DNA of 64,000 nt from Bacteroidota bacterium (GTDB lineage: Bacteria > Bacteroidota > Ignavibacteria > Kapaibacteriales > HRBIN21), in assembly GCA_030550395.1 (NCBI GenBank), contig JAUQPL010000001.1, positions 332,756 through 396,755 on the forward strand, written 5' to 3'. A model generated the notes under the pieces. It ran no database searches. It was not told the origin of the DNA and worked only from the letters and a program-made list of their open reading frames with translations. Positions 29,426 to 39,625 of the stretch are shown here, piece after piece (position 1 is the first letter of the stretch; each line of letters opens with the position of its first letter). Position numbers and translations under genes: made by a program.

Positions 29426-30824
29426 CCCTGTGCCTCACCAAGGGGAGCTCCTCTTCGTACTTGCTCTGCTGCTGCTCCTCTTTGCCCTCCTGGATATGCC
29501 CCTTTCAGAATCCCCGCGCTCATCGCCACGCTTGGTGGGGTCCACAACCACACCAGCGGTGGAATTCTCTCTGAGCCGCTTTGAGCTTCAGTGCATCATA
29601 GAGGACAGCCTCGGCAAGCGCCGATTGGTAAAGCATGATTCGCTCCTTGTGCTGTCATATTCTCGCCCTTTGGAACATCTCTCCATCCGTGTGACGGTGG
29701 ATTCTGCGGGGCATTTAGTGTGGCACTCTACTCACCCGGAGGCAGCTCGACCGATCAGAATAAAGCCGTATGGAGAACAACGGCGCGTAGAACTCGTATG
29801 GCACTTCCCCTGGCAGAAGCCTATACTACCCCCTGGGGAACATGTCTACTGGCTTCGCATCCGAGCCTCGTATGCCACAGAACAGGGCACCCAAACCGAG
29901 CAATTAACAGCGCGACTCCGTGTGCTCGTCGTCACTGCAGCTCCCCTCCCCGCCTCCCCCTCTCCTGTAATGGGATCGGTATCTCCCCAACCGCTCAGTC
30001 TTGTGCCAATAATCCCGCTCATCGAGGTCCCGCCTCACGCCCTCTGGGAAAATGAAGTTGTGGTCTACGGCCTGAATCTGGCAACGGACTTAGCTTCTGC
30101 ACCGCAGATTTCTATTAGCGGAGCACCCAACGGTAATGCTACCACCCGGGTGGATCCGAAGCTGAATCGCTTACTTCTCAGCGGAAAGGCTCCTTCAGAA
30201 GGGGAAATGCAGGTATCCATAACTTTGGCTCGCCGCAGTGACGGGGAACGCGCCACTGCTTACTTTTCCATCGTCGCACATCCCCTTCCCTCTCCCCATG
30301 TCCCCAAGGAAATGTATCCCGAACGGACGTACACTCTGCAGCCCAATCTCCAACTCCAGGGGCAAATCGCAAGGGCAGAACTCTACGACAATCGGCAGCA
30401 TCTACTTCGACGCTCCTCTCCTGGCACACCGTTTACTTTCACCCCCGAACTCTCCGACACTGGTACGACACTTTTATTCCGTCGCTTCGTCAATGAGCAG
30501 CTTCTCGACGAGACCCCTATCCTCATCCGTGACTATCCGCCTCCGGAAATCCTGAACACCTCTCGCGAGAAGGAAGGGCTAAAAGTCCGCACTCGCTGCT
30601 TCGGGACTGTAGAAGGTAGGCCGAATCAATGCCAACTAACCGTATATGGTCCCGGGAAAGCCCGAGAACTATACGGGGACAAAAGATACTACACCAAGGA
30701 GCCGTACGGAACCACGGTTGAGCAAGTCTTTCTGGTGGAAGGCCCCGACTTGAGTAGAGTCGAACTACTCATCCGCGACCGTGCCGGACGCCAAACCCAG
30801 TGGAGCCAGAAGGCGCCTCGTTAA
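29418..30824 (+). CDS. Single N-terminal TM protein with long beta-rich periplasmic region, divergent GldM-like
   Basis: Overlaps the GldL-like gene by 8 nt; TM LLFVLALLLLLFALL followed by Ig-like beta segments. Confidence 0.45.
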   Translation: MRSPVPHQGELLFVLALLLLLFALLDMPLSESPRSSPRLVGSTTTPAVEFSLSRFELQCIIEDSLGKRRLVKHDSLLVLSYSRPLEHLSIRVTVDSAGHLVWHSTHPEAARPIRIKPYGEQRRVELVWHFPWQKPILPPGEHVYWLRIRASYATEQGTQTEQLTARLRVLVVTAAPLPASPSPVMGSVSPQPLSLVPIIPLIEVPPHALWENEVVVYGLNLATDLASAPQISISGAPNGNATTRVDPKLNRLLLSGKAPSEGEMQVSITLARRSDGERATAYFSIVAHPLPSPHVPKEMYPERTYTLQPNLQLQGQIARAELYDNRQHLLRRSSPGTPFTFTPELSDTGTTLLFRRFVNEQLLDETPILIRDYPPPEILNTSREKEGLKVRTRCFGTVEGRPNQCQLTVYGPGKARELYGDKRYYTKEPYGTTVEQVFLVEGPDLSRVELLIRDRAGRQTQWSQKAPR

Positions 30825-30830
30825 GCCCCC

Positions 30831-32180
30831 TTACGAAAGCTCCTCCGGTAACGCCCACACGGCACGACGGAAGACCTCGCCCCGATGCTCGAAGTTGACA
30901 AACATATCAAAAGACTTGCACGCCGGAGAAAAGAGAACAACGTCCCCTGGTTGCGCAGCGTATGCCGCAATACGCACCGCCTCTTCCAGAGATCCCGCTT
31001 TCTGGCAGCGCACCATAACACAGAAATGGTTGTACAACGCTTCAGCCTCTTCGCCAATAGCGATGAGGAGGCGGACTCGCTGCCGGACCAACTCGTCCAG
31101 GAAACTATAATCGTTGTGCTCTCCACGTCCACCGGCAATCCAGAGCAGAGGCTGTGCGAAGCTAGACAAGGCATACCAGGCGGCGTTGACGTTTGTAGCC
31201 TTGGAGTCGTTGACGAAGTCCACCCCCCTCCAGCGGCGGACGAACTCCAGCCGATGCTCCACACCGGCAAATTGCATGAGGCTGTCTCGGATATCCTCGT
31301 TCCGGATTTCCAGTGCCCGCGCCGCCACCGCCGCTGCCAGGGAGTTGTAGAGATTATGCACCCCTGGCAATCGCAGCTCATCAGTCCGCATGAGTACTTC
31401 CTCTTTATGCTGCCACACAACCACAATGGCTGTGCCCCGGACATAGGCGCCCGGCTGCACGGGCTGCCGTCCAAAGTACGCACAGCTGGCCTTTGTCCGC
31501 TGCGCCGCTGCCCGAGCAAGCGGATCGTCAGCGTTCAAAATTAGAAAATCCCCCGGGCCTTGCCGCTCTGTAATGCTCCATTTCGCCTGACAATACGCCT
31601 CAAAGCTGCCATGGTAGTCCAGATGATCGGGCGTGATGTTGAGGAGTATCGTTATGTCCGGACGGAACACTGAGCTAAAGTGCAACTGATAACTGCTGAC
31701 CTCCAACACAACGATGGCCTCCTCTGCAATACCCTGAAGCACAAGAGCTGACAACGGGGTCCCAATATTTCCTCCCACGACCGCTTTCCTGCCTGACCGC
31801 TGGAGGAGAAATCCCAATAGTGCCGTCGTTGTCGTTTTGCCATTGGTCCCCGTCACAGCAACAACCCTCTGCCCCGACAGGAACTGCCAGGCAAACTCCA
31901 ACTCCGATACAATTGGGATTCCACGACGCAGAGCTTCCTGAACAATTGGTGTATGCGGAGCAATCCCCGGCGAAATCACCCACAGGTCTGCTCGGAAGAC
32001 TCGGTCACTATGCCCCCCAAACTCAGCTGGAATACCCCATTCAGCAAACGCTGCTGCTGCCTCCTGGCATTCTGTTGCTGGCCTGCGCTCGGAGACAAAC
32101 ACGCGCATTCCCCGAGCATGTGCCAGACGGGCTGCAGCCTGTCCACTGCGCCCAGCCCCTAATACCACAACCTCACTCAT
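30831..32180 (-). CDS. murD: UDP-MurNAc-L-Ala:D-Glu ligase
   Basis: ISPGI, TGTNGKTTT, EVSSYQL, PDHLDYH, NDSKATN, SPACKSFD. Confidence 0.98.
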   Translation of the reverse strand: MSEVVVLGAGRSGQAAARLAHARGMRVFVSERRPATECQEAAAAFAEWGIPAEFGGHSDRVFRADLWVISPGIAPHTPIVQEALRRGIPIVSELEFAWQFLSGQRVVAVTGTNGKTTTTALLGFLLQRSGRKAVVGGNIGTPLSALVLQGIAEEAIVVLEVSSYQLHFSSVFRPDITILLNITPDHLDYHGSFEAYCQAKWSITERQGPGDFLILNADDPLARAAAQRTKASCAYFGRQPVQPGAYVRGTAIVVVWQHKEEVLMRTDELRLPGVHNLYNSLAAAVAARALEIRNEDIRDSLMQFAGVEHRLEFVRRWRGVDFVNDSKATNVNAAWYALSSFAQPLLWIAGGRGEHNDYSFLDELVRQRVRLLIAIGEEAEALYNHFCVMVRCQKAGSLEEAVRIAAYAAQPGDVVLFSPACKSFDMFVNFEHRGEVFRRAVWALPEELS

Positions 32181-33087
32181 GGTCTGGGAAAGTCACATCA
32201 AATTGGGCAACAACCGGACAATGATCAGACAAACGCTCCGCCTGTTCAAAAGGATAGCGGGCATAGACATTGACTACCTGTGCACTTCCATCATGGTAGC
32301 GCCGGGCAAAGGAACGGCTGACTACAATGTGATCAATCGTATACGCCCTCGCATATCGGCAGCTCCGCAAATGCTCCGTCACGAACACCAGTTCAGGGTG
32401 CTCTACCAAAGGAGTTAGCGTAGGATATTGCTTCCGACGCGGGGTGTCGTTGAAATCACCAACGATGACCACATCCCGTTCTGAAGTTGCCGCATAGAGA
32501 GAATCCACCCAACGGACAAGGTGTTGAACTTGGAGCAAGCGCAGCTGTCGGGAAAGCTGGCGCATTTGCTCTGTGCTGTCATACCGAGAGGTGGATTTCA
32601 AATGGACCACCATGAGGTAAAAATCCGTCTTCCCTACCTGGCAATAGGCAAGCAATCCTGGACGAGTCCGCCCCGGTTGGAGCATCAACGGCGTGTACTC
32701 CCCGAGAACTTGGACCTTCAACCCCCGTCGGTAGAGAAGCGCCAAGTTCTGCTGCCCCCCAAGCGAGCCTACAAAGCCTGTAAACTCTGGCAGAAAGCGT
32801 AACAGCCGTTCAAGGGCTCGCCTGTTCTCTACTTCCTGCAGCCCTAAAATGTCCACCCCCGACCTCCGGATCGTCTCCGCCAAGCGCATGAGATCTTCCT
32901 CCGTCCGCGGTTTACGGTCGTTTATCCCATCGCCGAACCATTCCACATTGAAGGTCCCCAGCGTTAGTGTCTTTTCTGTTCGCTCCTGATCGGGTTTTCG
33001 GCCTGCGGAATAGCACCCACCAACGACGCTAAGAAGGCTCAGCACAAGGAGGAGAATGTGGGGCCGGATCAGCGCTCTTTGCCTCAT
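32173..33087 (-). CDS. Endonuclease/exonuclease/phosphatase-family lipoprotein
   Basis: Lipobox VGGC, TFNVEW, LQEV, VHLKS, GDFND, IDHI, SDHCPV. Confidence 0.88.
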   Translation of the reverse strand: MRQRALIRPHILLLVLSLLSVVGGCYSAGRKPDQERTEKTLTLGTFNVEWFGDGINDRKPRTEEDLMRLAETIRRSGVDILGLQEVENRRALERLLRFLPEFTGFVGSLGGQQNLALLYRRGLKVQVLGEYTPLMLQPGRTRPGLLAYCQVGKTDFYLMVVHLKSTSRYDSTEQMRQLSRQLRLLQVQHLVRWVDSLYAATSERDVVIVGDFNDTPRRKQYPTLTPLVEHPELVFVTEHLRSCRYARAYTIDHIVVSRSFARRYHDGSAQVVNVYARYPFEQAERLSDHCPVVAQFDVTFPDHE

Positions 33088-33995
33088 CGCTGTTGGTCTC
33101 TCCGGAAGAGGGCACGGACAATGTGGGCGACGATATTCGGGTTTTCCCGCAGCCGGCGCAACGAGTAAGCGTACCAATGCTCACCGAAGGGAATATAGAC
33201 ACGGACCGGATGCCCCTGGCGTCGGAGAAGTTCACGACGGTCGGGACGGACTCCTAAGAGCATTTGGAACTCGTACCGCTGCGGTGGGACCTCATAACGC
33301 CGGAGGGCTTCAATAGCAAAGCAGATGAGCTCTTCATCGTGTGTGGCAATTGCTGTCGGCACTCCGTACTGCAGCAACAGCTCCAGGAGTTGCTTATAGT
33401 TTTCCTGGATTTCCCGCCGACTCTGATACGCAATCTCAGGCGGCTCAATGTAAATCCCTTTGCACAGCCGGATTGCCGGTCGGAGGGGCAGCAAGCTTTC
33501 TATATCCGCACGACTCCTCCGAAGGTACGCCTGGATGACGATACCGATGTTCTCATATCCTGCACTGCGAAGGCGACGGTAGAAGTCCAACGTCACGTCC
33601 GTATAAGGGGAATTCTCCATGTCAATGCGCACGAAAAGCTCCCTCTGTTGAGCCTGTTCCACGAGCATCCGCAGAAGACCATAGCTGCCCTCCGGATCAA
33701 TATCTACCCCCAACGCCGTCAACTTGACCGACAGGTACGCCGGTAACCGATGCTGAGCAATGGCGTCCAGGACAGCAAGTCCTTGCTCTGCGTACTGCTG
33801 TGCCTGCTCCCAGGTGGTGACGAACTCACCGAGCACATCCAGTGTGCTCCGGATGCCACGAGCAGCAAATTGCTGAGCTACCTGAATTGCTTCCTCCTGC
33901 GTGGTTCCGGCAATGTAGCGCCGCGCAACCAGCCAGACAAACCGCCGGGGCAACACAGGGAGAAGGCGTGCAAGAGCTGCTGAGATCCTCGCCAC
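33084..33995 (-). CDS. Monofunctional proline dehydrogenase
   Basis: RYIAG, LGE, SVKLT, RIDME, QAYL.R, RLCKG.Y, ATHD, EFQML.G, Y..RRL.E; start estimated. Confidence 0.93.
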   Translation of the reverse strand: MARISAALARLLPVLPRRFVWLVARRYIAGTTQEEAIQVAQQFAARGIRSTLDVLGEFVTTWEQAQQYAEQGLAVLDAIAQHRLPAYLSVKLTALGVDIDPEGSYGLLRMLVEQAQQRELFVRIDMENSPYTDVTLDFYRRLRSAGYENIGIVIQAYLRRSRADIESLLPLRPAIRLCKGIYIEPPEIAYQSRREIQENYKQLLELLLQYGVPTAIATHDEELICFAIEALRRYEVPPQRYEFQMLLGVRPDRRELLRRQGHPVRVYIPFGEHWYAYSLRRLRENPNIVAHIVRALFRRDQQR

Positions 33996-34009
33996 TTGGC
34001 AGTATCCTT

Positions 34010-36481
34010 TTATCGGACAAGCCTGACAGGGATCCCCCACCGCCCTTGAGCTGAGGTCAAGTACAGAAGGTAAACCCCATCTGCAAGCCCAGCCGGCAGC
34101 GGTACTCGCACCAGGTGCTCGCCCTCAGACACCTGTTCCCACCGAAGCTCTTGGACTACCTGTCCCAGCAAGGTCATCAGCCGTAGTTGCACCTGGAATA
34201 GTGGTTCGGGTAGCTGCACCCGCAGCCAAAGCCCGTTGCCTTGATCGGAGAAAGGCTGGATCCGGACTGTGGACTGCACGGGGAAGAACTCCACAGAGAT
34301 AGGAGGTTCGATGACGAACGGGGCTGCACTCTGCACACTCTGGTCCATATTGGCAAGGTTGCGCAGACGGACCAATGCCTGCTCTGTGGGTGTATTGGGA
34401 ACCGTCCATTCATACTGCATCACTGTTGCGTCCTGCGTCGCTCGGATCGTCCTCCAGCTTTGCCCACCATCTGTAGAGTACTCAATCCGGATACGGCTTA
34501 CGAAATCCGACTGCCAGCGGATCCACTGCTTCGTTCCCGCCGCCCAGCGCTCACCCCCATTTGGTACCAACAAGGATAGCTGGGGGATCCCAATGGCAAA
34601 GAACGGGCTTTGGTCTGCTACCGTTGGATCGGCCGTGTCCTCAATTCGGATTACTGCCCGATCTGTCTGCACCATCGGGACGGTCCATACATAGGAACGT
34701 CCCGAGGTTGCCGGCACCAAGGTGTCCCAGCTTGCTCCTCCATTGGAACTGAACAGAAGGCGGACAACCGAGACCAATGTGGCTGACCATTCAATATTGA
34801 CCTGCTCCCTCTGTCCATAGCGTTCTCCGCCGACAGGACGGGATAGACGCAGCTCAGGTATCTGGATAGCAAAGCTTGCCAGCGTAGTATCCCCAACGGC
34901 AGGGTCTGCCGTATTGTAAATCCGGAGCCATACAACTGGAATGTTGGCTCGGGGCAATTCCCAGCGGTAGCTCCGCTGGGTTGCCGCAATACCGGTAGCA
35001 ATACGTTCCCACGTCCGCATGCTATCGGTCGAATACTCCAGCGTAACATTCTGCACCTGAGCCGAAGTCCAGCGAATCTCCAGCTGTGAACCGCCTCGGA
35101 ACGACTGCTTCCCAACCGGGTGCTGCAACAAAAGCAATGGTGTTGATGGCTGGGCTAAACATGCCTCTGCCCGACTATTCCGGAGCACTACAGCAACTCG
35201 CTGACGGAAGGTCAAAGCAACAGAGGGCTGAACCAAATGGCAGTAGCTCATAATGCTACCACCATCCCACGATGGACGGGGGATGATCGGGGACCGATAA
35301 CAGGCATCCGGAGTGGGATAGGGATTGCCATCCTGCGTCACACATGTATCCAGCGGTGGGCTCCAATAGCAAGCATGGGTATGCGGGGCTCCGAATACAT
35401 GTCCGATTTCATGAGCCACTACGTGCACGTCCCACGTATAGCCCAGCGTTGGATACGCGTAAGTACCTCGGATACCACTGACGCTATAAGCGCTGCCTGG
35501 AGAACAGAGGGTATTCAGCCGTGCGATACCCCCGACCATAGTGCCACCAGGAGCTGTCATCACGTGTACCAAATCCCGCTCCACACTGCGACGGTGTTGG
35601 TTCCAATACGCAGACACCTCGCCTAAAAGCGCTCCGATGTCGTTATCGTTCTGGTACGGGTCCTCCTCGCCATCGGGCGGTTCCATCCAGATGAGAATCC
35701 AGGGCAGGAGGAAAGTCACATTAAGCTCGTCCTCGTAGATACGAGCGACCATGGCAAACAGAGAGGCAATGTAGGCCGCCACTCGGTCATAGTCCCGATT
35801 GAGCCGCACATAGAGCGAAGAAGTGGCTTCTACAGCCACTCGCGCTTGCCGCAATGTCGTAAAGTGTGGTATCGGCTGGGTCGGCTCTTTTATCATGCGG
35901 AGTTGTTCCCAGTAGTCACTCATCTGCTCAATAGCACAGAGCCATTGGGACAGTTGGCTCTGTGTAGTCAATTCCCCCAGCACGTGCTCCCGTTCGTTGC
36001 CCCAGCGCTGTCCGCTGGGGACGAATTCCCAAAGGCGTCCGTTTCTCCGGCGGATGAATCCATAGAGCTCCCCGCCAACCACGCTCAGAGTAACTTGCGA
36101 GCCCGGCTCGCCGAGGATATGTCCGTGGAACACGTACTGTGTAATCCCCTGCATCGGCTCCAGCTGTTCCGGCTGTCCATCCCGTGCTGGGCGAACACCC
36201 CGCCACCACTGCGTCTGCGCATCCACCACCGACCGCGCCCGCCGCAGGTGCACAGTTGCCTCCTCCCCATATCCGACGGGGAAATCGCTCAGCCTTAACT
36301 CCGCCTGCGGAAGCATCGCCACCGCCTGCAAAACCAGCCCCCGCACCCAATACCCTCCCACTGGCTGCACCTGCAACAGATTTTCCGCCGGCCGCAGGAA
36401 CAGCCGTGCCGATATGTGCTCCTGCGCTATTCCCACAATGCTACCGAGCACCACTCCAAGTCCGAAGAACACCCAACGCAT
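34010..36481 (-). CDS. Secreted M12/reprolysin-like zinc metallopeptidase with three Ig-like repeats and a T9SS type A C-terminal domain
   Basis: Signal peptide; HEIGHVFGAPH with Met-turn SIMSY; C-terminal L..LLGQ.V...LADGVYLL. Confidence 0.88.
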   Translation of the reverse strand: MRWVFFGLGVVLGSIVGIAQEHISARLFLRPAENLLQVQPVGGYWVRGLVLQAVAMLPQAELRLSDFPVGYGEEATVHLRRARSVVDAQTQWWRGVRPARDGQPEQLEPMQGITQYVFHGHILGEPGSQVTLSVVGGELYGFIRRRNGRLWEFVPSGQRWGNEREHVLGELTTQSQLSQWLCAIEQMSDYWEQLRMIKEPTQPIPHFTTLRQARVAVEATSSLYVRLNRDYDRVAAYIASLFAMVARIYEDELNVTFLLPWILIWMEPPDGEEDPYQNDNDIGALLGEVSAYWNQHRRSVERDLVHVMTAPGGTMVGGIARLNTLCSPGSAYSVSGIRGTYAYPTLGYTWDVHVVAHEIGHVFGAPHTHACYWSPPLDTCVTQDGNPYPTPDACYRSPIIPRPSWDGGSIMSYCHLVQPSVALTFRQRVAVVLRNSRAEACLAQPSTPLLLLQHPVGKQSFRGGSQLEIRWTSAQVQNVTLEYSTDSMRTWERIATGIAATQRSYRWELPRANIPVVWLRIYNTADPAVGDTTLASFAIQIPELRLSRPVGGERYGQREQVNIEWSATLVSVVRLLFSSNGGASWDTLVPATSGRSYVWTVPMVQTDRAVIRIEDTADPTVADQSPFFAIGIPQLSLLVPNGGERWAAGTKQWIRWQSDFVSRIRIEYSTDGGQSWRTIRATQDATVMQYEWTVPNTPTEQALVRLRNLANMDQSVQSAAPFVIEPPISVEFFPVQSTVRIQPFSDQGNGLWLRVQLPEPLFQVQLRLMTLLGQVVQELRWEQVSEGEHLVRVPLPAGLADGVYLLYLTSAQGRWGIPVRLVR
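34290..35140 (-). repeat. Three tandem ~90-aa Ig-like protein repeats
   Basis: Repeated L..P.GG.......I.W......V.L.YS..GG.SW..I......Y.W.VP; boundaries approximate. Confidence 0.75.
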
Positions 36482-36518
36482 CGCCAAACTTCCACAGAGC
36501 TTTTGAAACTTCAAGCCA

Positions 36519-36526
36519 CAAAAATA
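36519..36526 (-). promoter_or_regulatory. -7 promoter element (TATTTTTG) upstream of the M12 peptidase gene
   Basis: Exact TAnnTTTG on the minus strand in the divergent gap. Confidence 0.45.
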
Positions 36527-36622
36527 CAAACCCCTCTGCCTCCGACTCCAATAGCATCTGCTCTCAGCCCACAAAATTGGCCCCCTGAGCGTCTATTACT
36601 GCCCACGGGAAGCTCGGCCGTT

Positions 36623-39055
36623 ATGGGACAGAAGAAGAAAGCACCCGCACAGAGATCATCCCAACGCCCTTCACGCACTTCCTCGTCCAAGCGCCCTACT
36701 GCTGCGTCGGAAGCCCCCTCAGCTCCCCACCTGCTCGTTGTAGAGTCACCTGCCAAAGCCCGCACCATTGAGCGCTACTTAGGTGCTGGGTATACCGTGC
36801 AAGCCTCCTTAGGCCACATTAAAGACCTGCCCGAACATAGCCTTGGCGTCAATATTGCCAATGGCTTCCAGCCACAGTACCAGATTCTGCCCTCTCGCCG
36901 CGCCATTCTTCGCCAGCTACAGAGCTTGGCTCAGCGTGCCCAGGACGTATTACTGGCCACCGACCCTGACCGAGAAGGCGAAGCCATTGCATGGCATATT
37001 GCCGAGGAGCTGCGGGCATACAACAAGAATATCCGTCGTGTGCTCTTTCACGAGATTACCCGAAGCGGCATTCAACAGGGGATCGCTCAGCCCCGAGAGT
37101 TGGACTATGCATTGGTGCTCTCCCAGCAAGCTCGTCGAGTTATGGATCGGCTCATTGGCTATGAAGTCTCTCCATGGTTAAGCAATGCACTGGCTCACGA
37201 AGTTGCACACTCCCTCTCTGCTGGACGGGTTCAGTCCGTAGCTCTTCGCCTCATCTGTGAGCGTGAAGAACTCATTGAGCGCTTTCAGCCGATTCCTTTC
37301 TGGACATTGCGAGCTCGCTTTGCTTTACCATCCGGAGAGGAATTCTGGGCAGAGCTGACGGAGTATGAGGGCCTTCCGATCCGAAATCCCGAGGGCTCCG
37401 CGCACGAATACACCCCCGAGGAACTCCGAGAGCGGCACTACATCCGCTCGGAAGAGGAAGCCAAACGGCTGGCCGACGCCGTGCACGCATGCTCCCTGTG
37501 GGAAATCACAGAGGTACGCAAACGGCGTCTCAAGCGCTCTCCGCCTCCACCCTTTACTACCAGCCTCCTGCAACAAGAAGCTTCCCGCCGACTTGGCCTT
37601 TCCCCACGGCAGACAATGCGCCTGGCACAGCAGCTCTACGAAGGCGTCCCCGTGGGAAGTGAGGGACCGGTGGGCCTCATCACCTACATGCGTACCGACT
37701 CTATGCGCATCAGCCATGAAGCGCAGAAGGCCGCCCGCCAGACAATTGCGAAAATGTTCGGGCCCGACTACCTGCCCGCTGAACCACCACACTACAGCAG
37801 TAAGTCCGCCCATGTTCAAGATGCCCACGAAGCCATTCGCCCTACACATATGGAGTATACCCCTGACCGCGTGCGCCCACATCTGCCCGAAGACCTAGCA
37901 GCACTCTATGAGCTCATCTACACCCGCTTCCTCGCCTCCCAAATGGTCCCGGCCGAACTGGAAAGCACAACGGTGCTCATTTGCCAGAACGATTTCGTCT
38001 TCCGGGCCAGTGGGAGCATCCTCCTCTTTGATGGCTTCCTGCGGGCATACACCGAGCTATCCGATAGCGACGAACCGGAAGAACAGCAGAGGCTGCCTAC
38101 GGGAATTGCCGAGGGAATCGTGCTCCAGTTGCAGGAAGTGCTTCCGAAAGCCTCTCAGACCAAACCTCCGACACGATATACAGAAGCCACCTTGGTCAAA
38201 GAGCTAGACGAAAAGGGTATCGGACGCCCGAGCACGTACGCTACTATCGTAAGCACTCTCTTTGAACGCCGCTATGTTCAACGGCAGCGCCGCTACTTGA
38301 TCCCGACCCCTCTCGGACGCAAAGTCAATGAAATCCTCCTCACCTTCTTCCCAGACATTTTCGCCGTGAACTTCACCGCTACGATGGAGGAACAGTTGGA
38401 TGCCATTGCAGAAGGTCGCATGGATTATCGGACCGTGCTGGAGAGCTTCTACACCCCCTTCCGCCAAGCCTTGGACCAGGCTCGTGCGTTAGCACGCTCG
38501 CCCTTCTTGTGTCCTCAGTGCGGGACCTCTATGCAGGTGGAGCGCTCGCGCCGGGGCACACGCTATCTCCGCTGCCCTTCATGCGGCACAACACAGCCCC
38601 TCCCTAAACCAGCAGAAGCCACGCCCGTTGTGGAAGAGCACATCCGCTGCCCTGAATGTGGGGCTCCAATGGTACGGCGGCAAAGCAAGTACGGCACCTT
38701 CTACGGATGCTCTCGCTACCCCGACTGCACGGGGACTCGTCCCATGAGCTCTGGCGTCCGCTGCCCACAGTGCGGTGAAGGGGAATTGATAGAGCGCATG
38801 GACCGCCACCGGCGACGCTTCTGGGGCTGCTCCCGCTACCCTAGCTGCCGATACGCTCAACGACGCCGTCCGATTCCCCATCCCTGCCCTCACTGCCACC
38901 ATCCGTTCGTGGAAGAGGATGGACGATGGGAAGACGGTGAATGGCGTATCCTCTGGCGTTGCCCCCAGTGCCGGCTTACACTTGAACCCGTCACTGACTC
39001 GGCCACCTCTGTCCCCTCCTCTACCGACCCCACTGCGATGTCGGGCAGACCATAA
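36623..39055 (+). CDS. topA: DNA topoisomerase I (type IA) with C-terminal Zn ribbons
   Basis: VVESPAKA, ATDPDREGE, SAGRVQS, LITYMRTDS, QDAHEAIRPT, multiple CxxC. Confidence 0.98.
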   Translation: MGQKKKAPAQRSSQRPSRTSSSKRPTAASEAPSAPHLLVVESPAKARTIERYLGAGYTVQASLGHIKDLPEHSLGVNIANGFQPQYQILPSRRAILRQLQSLAQRAQDVLLATDPDREGEAIAWHIAEELRAYNKNIRRVLFHEITRSGIQQGIAQPRELDYALVLSQQARRVMDRLIGYEVSPWLSNALAHEVAHSLSAGRVQSVALRLICEREELIERFQPIPFWTLRARFALPSGEEFWAELTEYEGLPIRNPEGSAHEYTPEELRERHYIRSEEEAKRLADAVHACSLWEITEVRKRRLKRSPPPPFTTSLLQQEASRRLGLSPRQTMRLAQQLYEGVPVGSEGPVGLITYMRTDSMRISHEAQKAARQTIAKMFGPDYLPAEPPHYSSKSAHVQDAHEAIRPTHMEYTPDRVRPHLPEDLAALYELIYTRFLASQMVPAELESTTVLICQNDFVFRASGSILLFDGFLRAYTELSDSDEPEEQQRLPTGIAEGIVLQLQEVLPKASQTKPPTRYTEATLVKELDEKGIGRPSTYATIVSTLFERRYVQRQRRYLIPTPLGRKVNEILLTFFPDIFAVNFTATMEEQLDAIAEGRMDYRTVLESFYTPFRQALDQARALARSPFLCPQCGTSMQVERSRRGTRYLRCPSCGTTQPLPKPAEATPVVEEHIRCPECGAPMVRRQSKYGTFYGCSRYPDCTGTRPMSSGVRCPQCGEGELIERMDRHRRRFWGCSRYPSCRYAQRRRPIPHPCPHCHHPFVEEDGRWEDGEWRILWRCPQCRLTLEPVTDSATSVPSSTDPTAMSGRP

Positions 39056-39064
39056 AGGGAACCC

Positions 39065-39625
39065 ATGCTGGACCGCATCCAGATTGTCCTGGGCGATATC
39101 ACGCAAGAGCAGGTCGATGCCATCGTCAATGCTGCAAATCCAGCCCTGTTACCGGGTGGTGGGGTCTGTGGGGCAATCCACCGTGCAGCTGGCCCGGAAT
39201 TGGCTGAAGAGTGCCGCCGCCTAGGCGGCTGCGCCCCTGGAGATGCCAAGTTAACCCACGGCTACCGCTTACCAGCCCGCTACGTGATCCATACAGTCGG
39301 CCCTATCTGGCACGGCGGGACCTACGGTGAAGACGCTGTCTTAGCCTCATGCTACCGACGCACCCTTGAGCTTGCCCATCAGCACGGAATCCGTACCCTC
39401 GCCTTCCCCTCTATCAGCACCGGAGCATACGGCTTCCCCGTCGAACGCGCTTGCCGCATCGCCCTCCAGGAAATTCTAGCAGGGCTGCAGCGCTACCCTG
39501 ATCTGGAACAAGTGCGCATCGTCTGCTTCGACCAACACACCTATCGCTGCTACTGCCAAGCATACCAGGAACTGGCTCAGCACAACGCATGGAAATCCGA
39601 TTCTGGGGAGCTGCCCAAACAGTAA
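39065..39625 (+). CDS. Macro-domain O-acetyl-ADP-ribose deacetylase (YmdB-like)
   Basis: GDIT, DAIVNAAN, GGGVCGAIH.AAG, HTVGP, FPSISTGAYGFP. Confidence 0.94.
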   Translation: MLDRIQIVLGDITQEQVDAIVNAANPALLPGGGVCGAIHRAAGPELAEECRRLGGCAPGDAKLTHGYRLPARYVIHTVGPIWHGGTYGEDAVLASCYRRTLELAHQHGIRTLAFPSISTGAYGFPVERACRIALQEILAGLQRYPDLEQVRIVCFDQHTYRCYCQAYQELAQHNAWKSDSGELPKQ

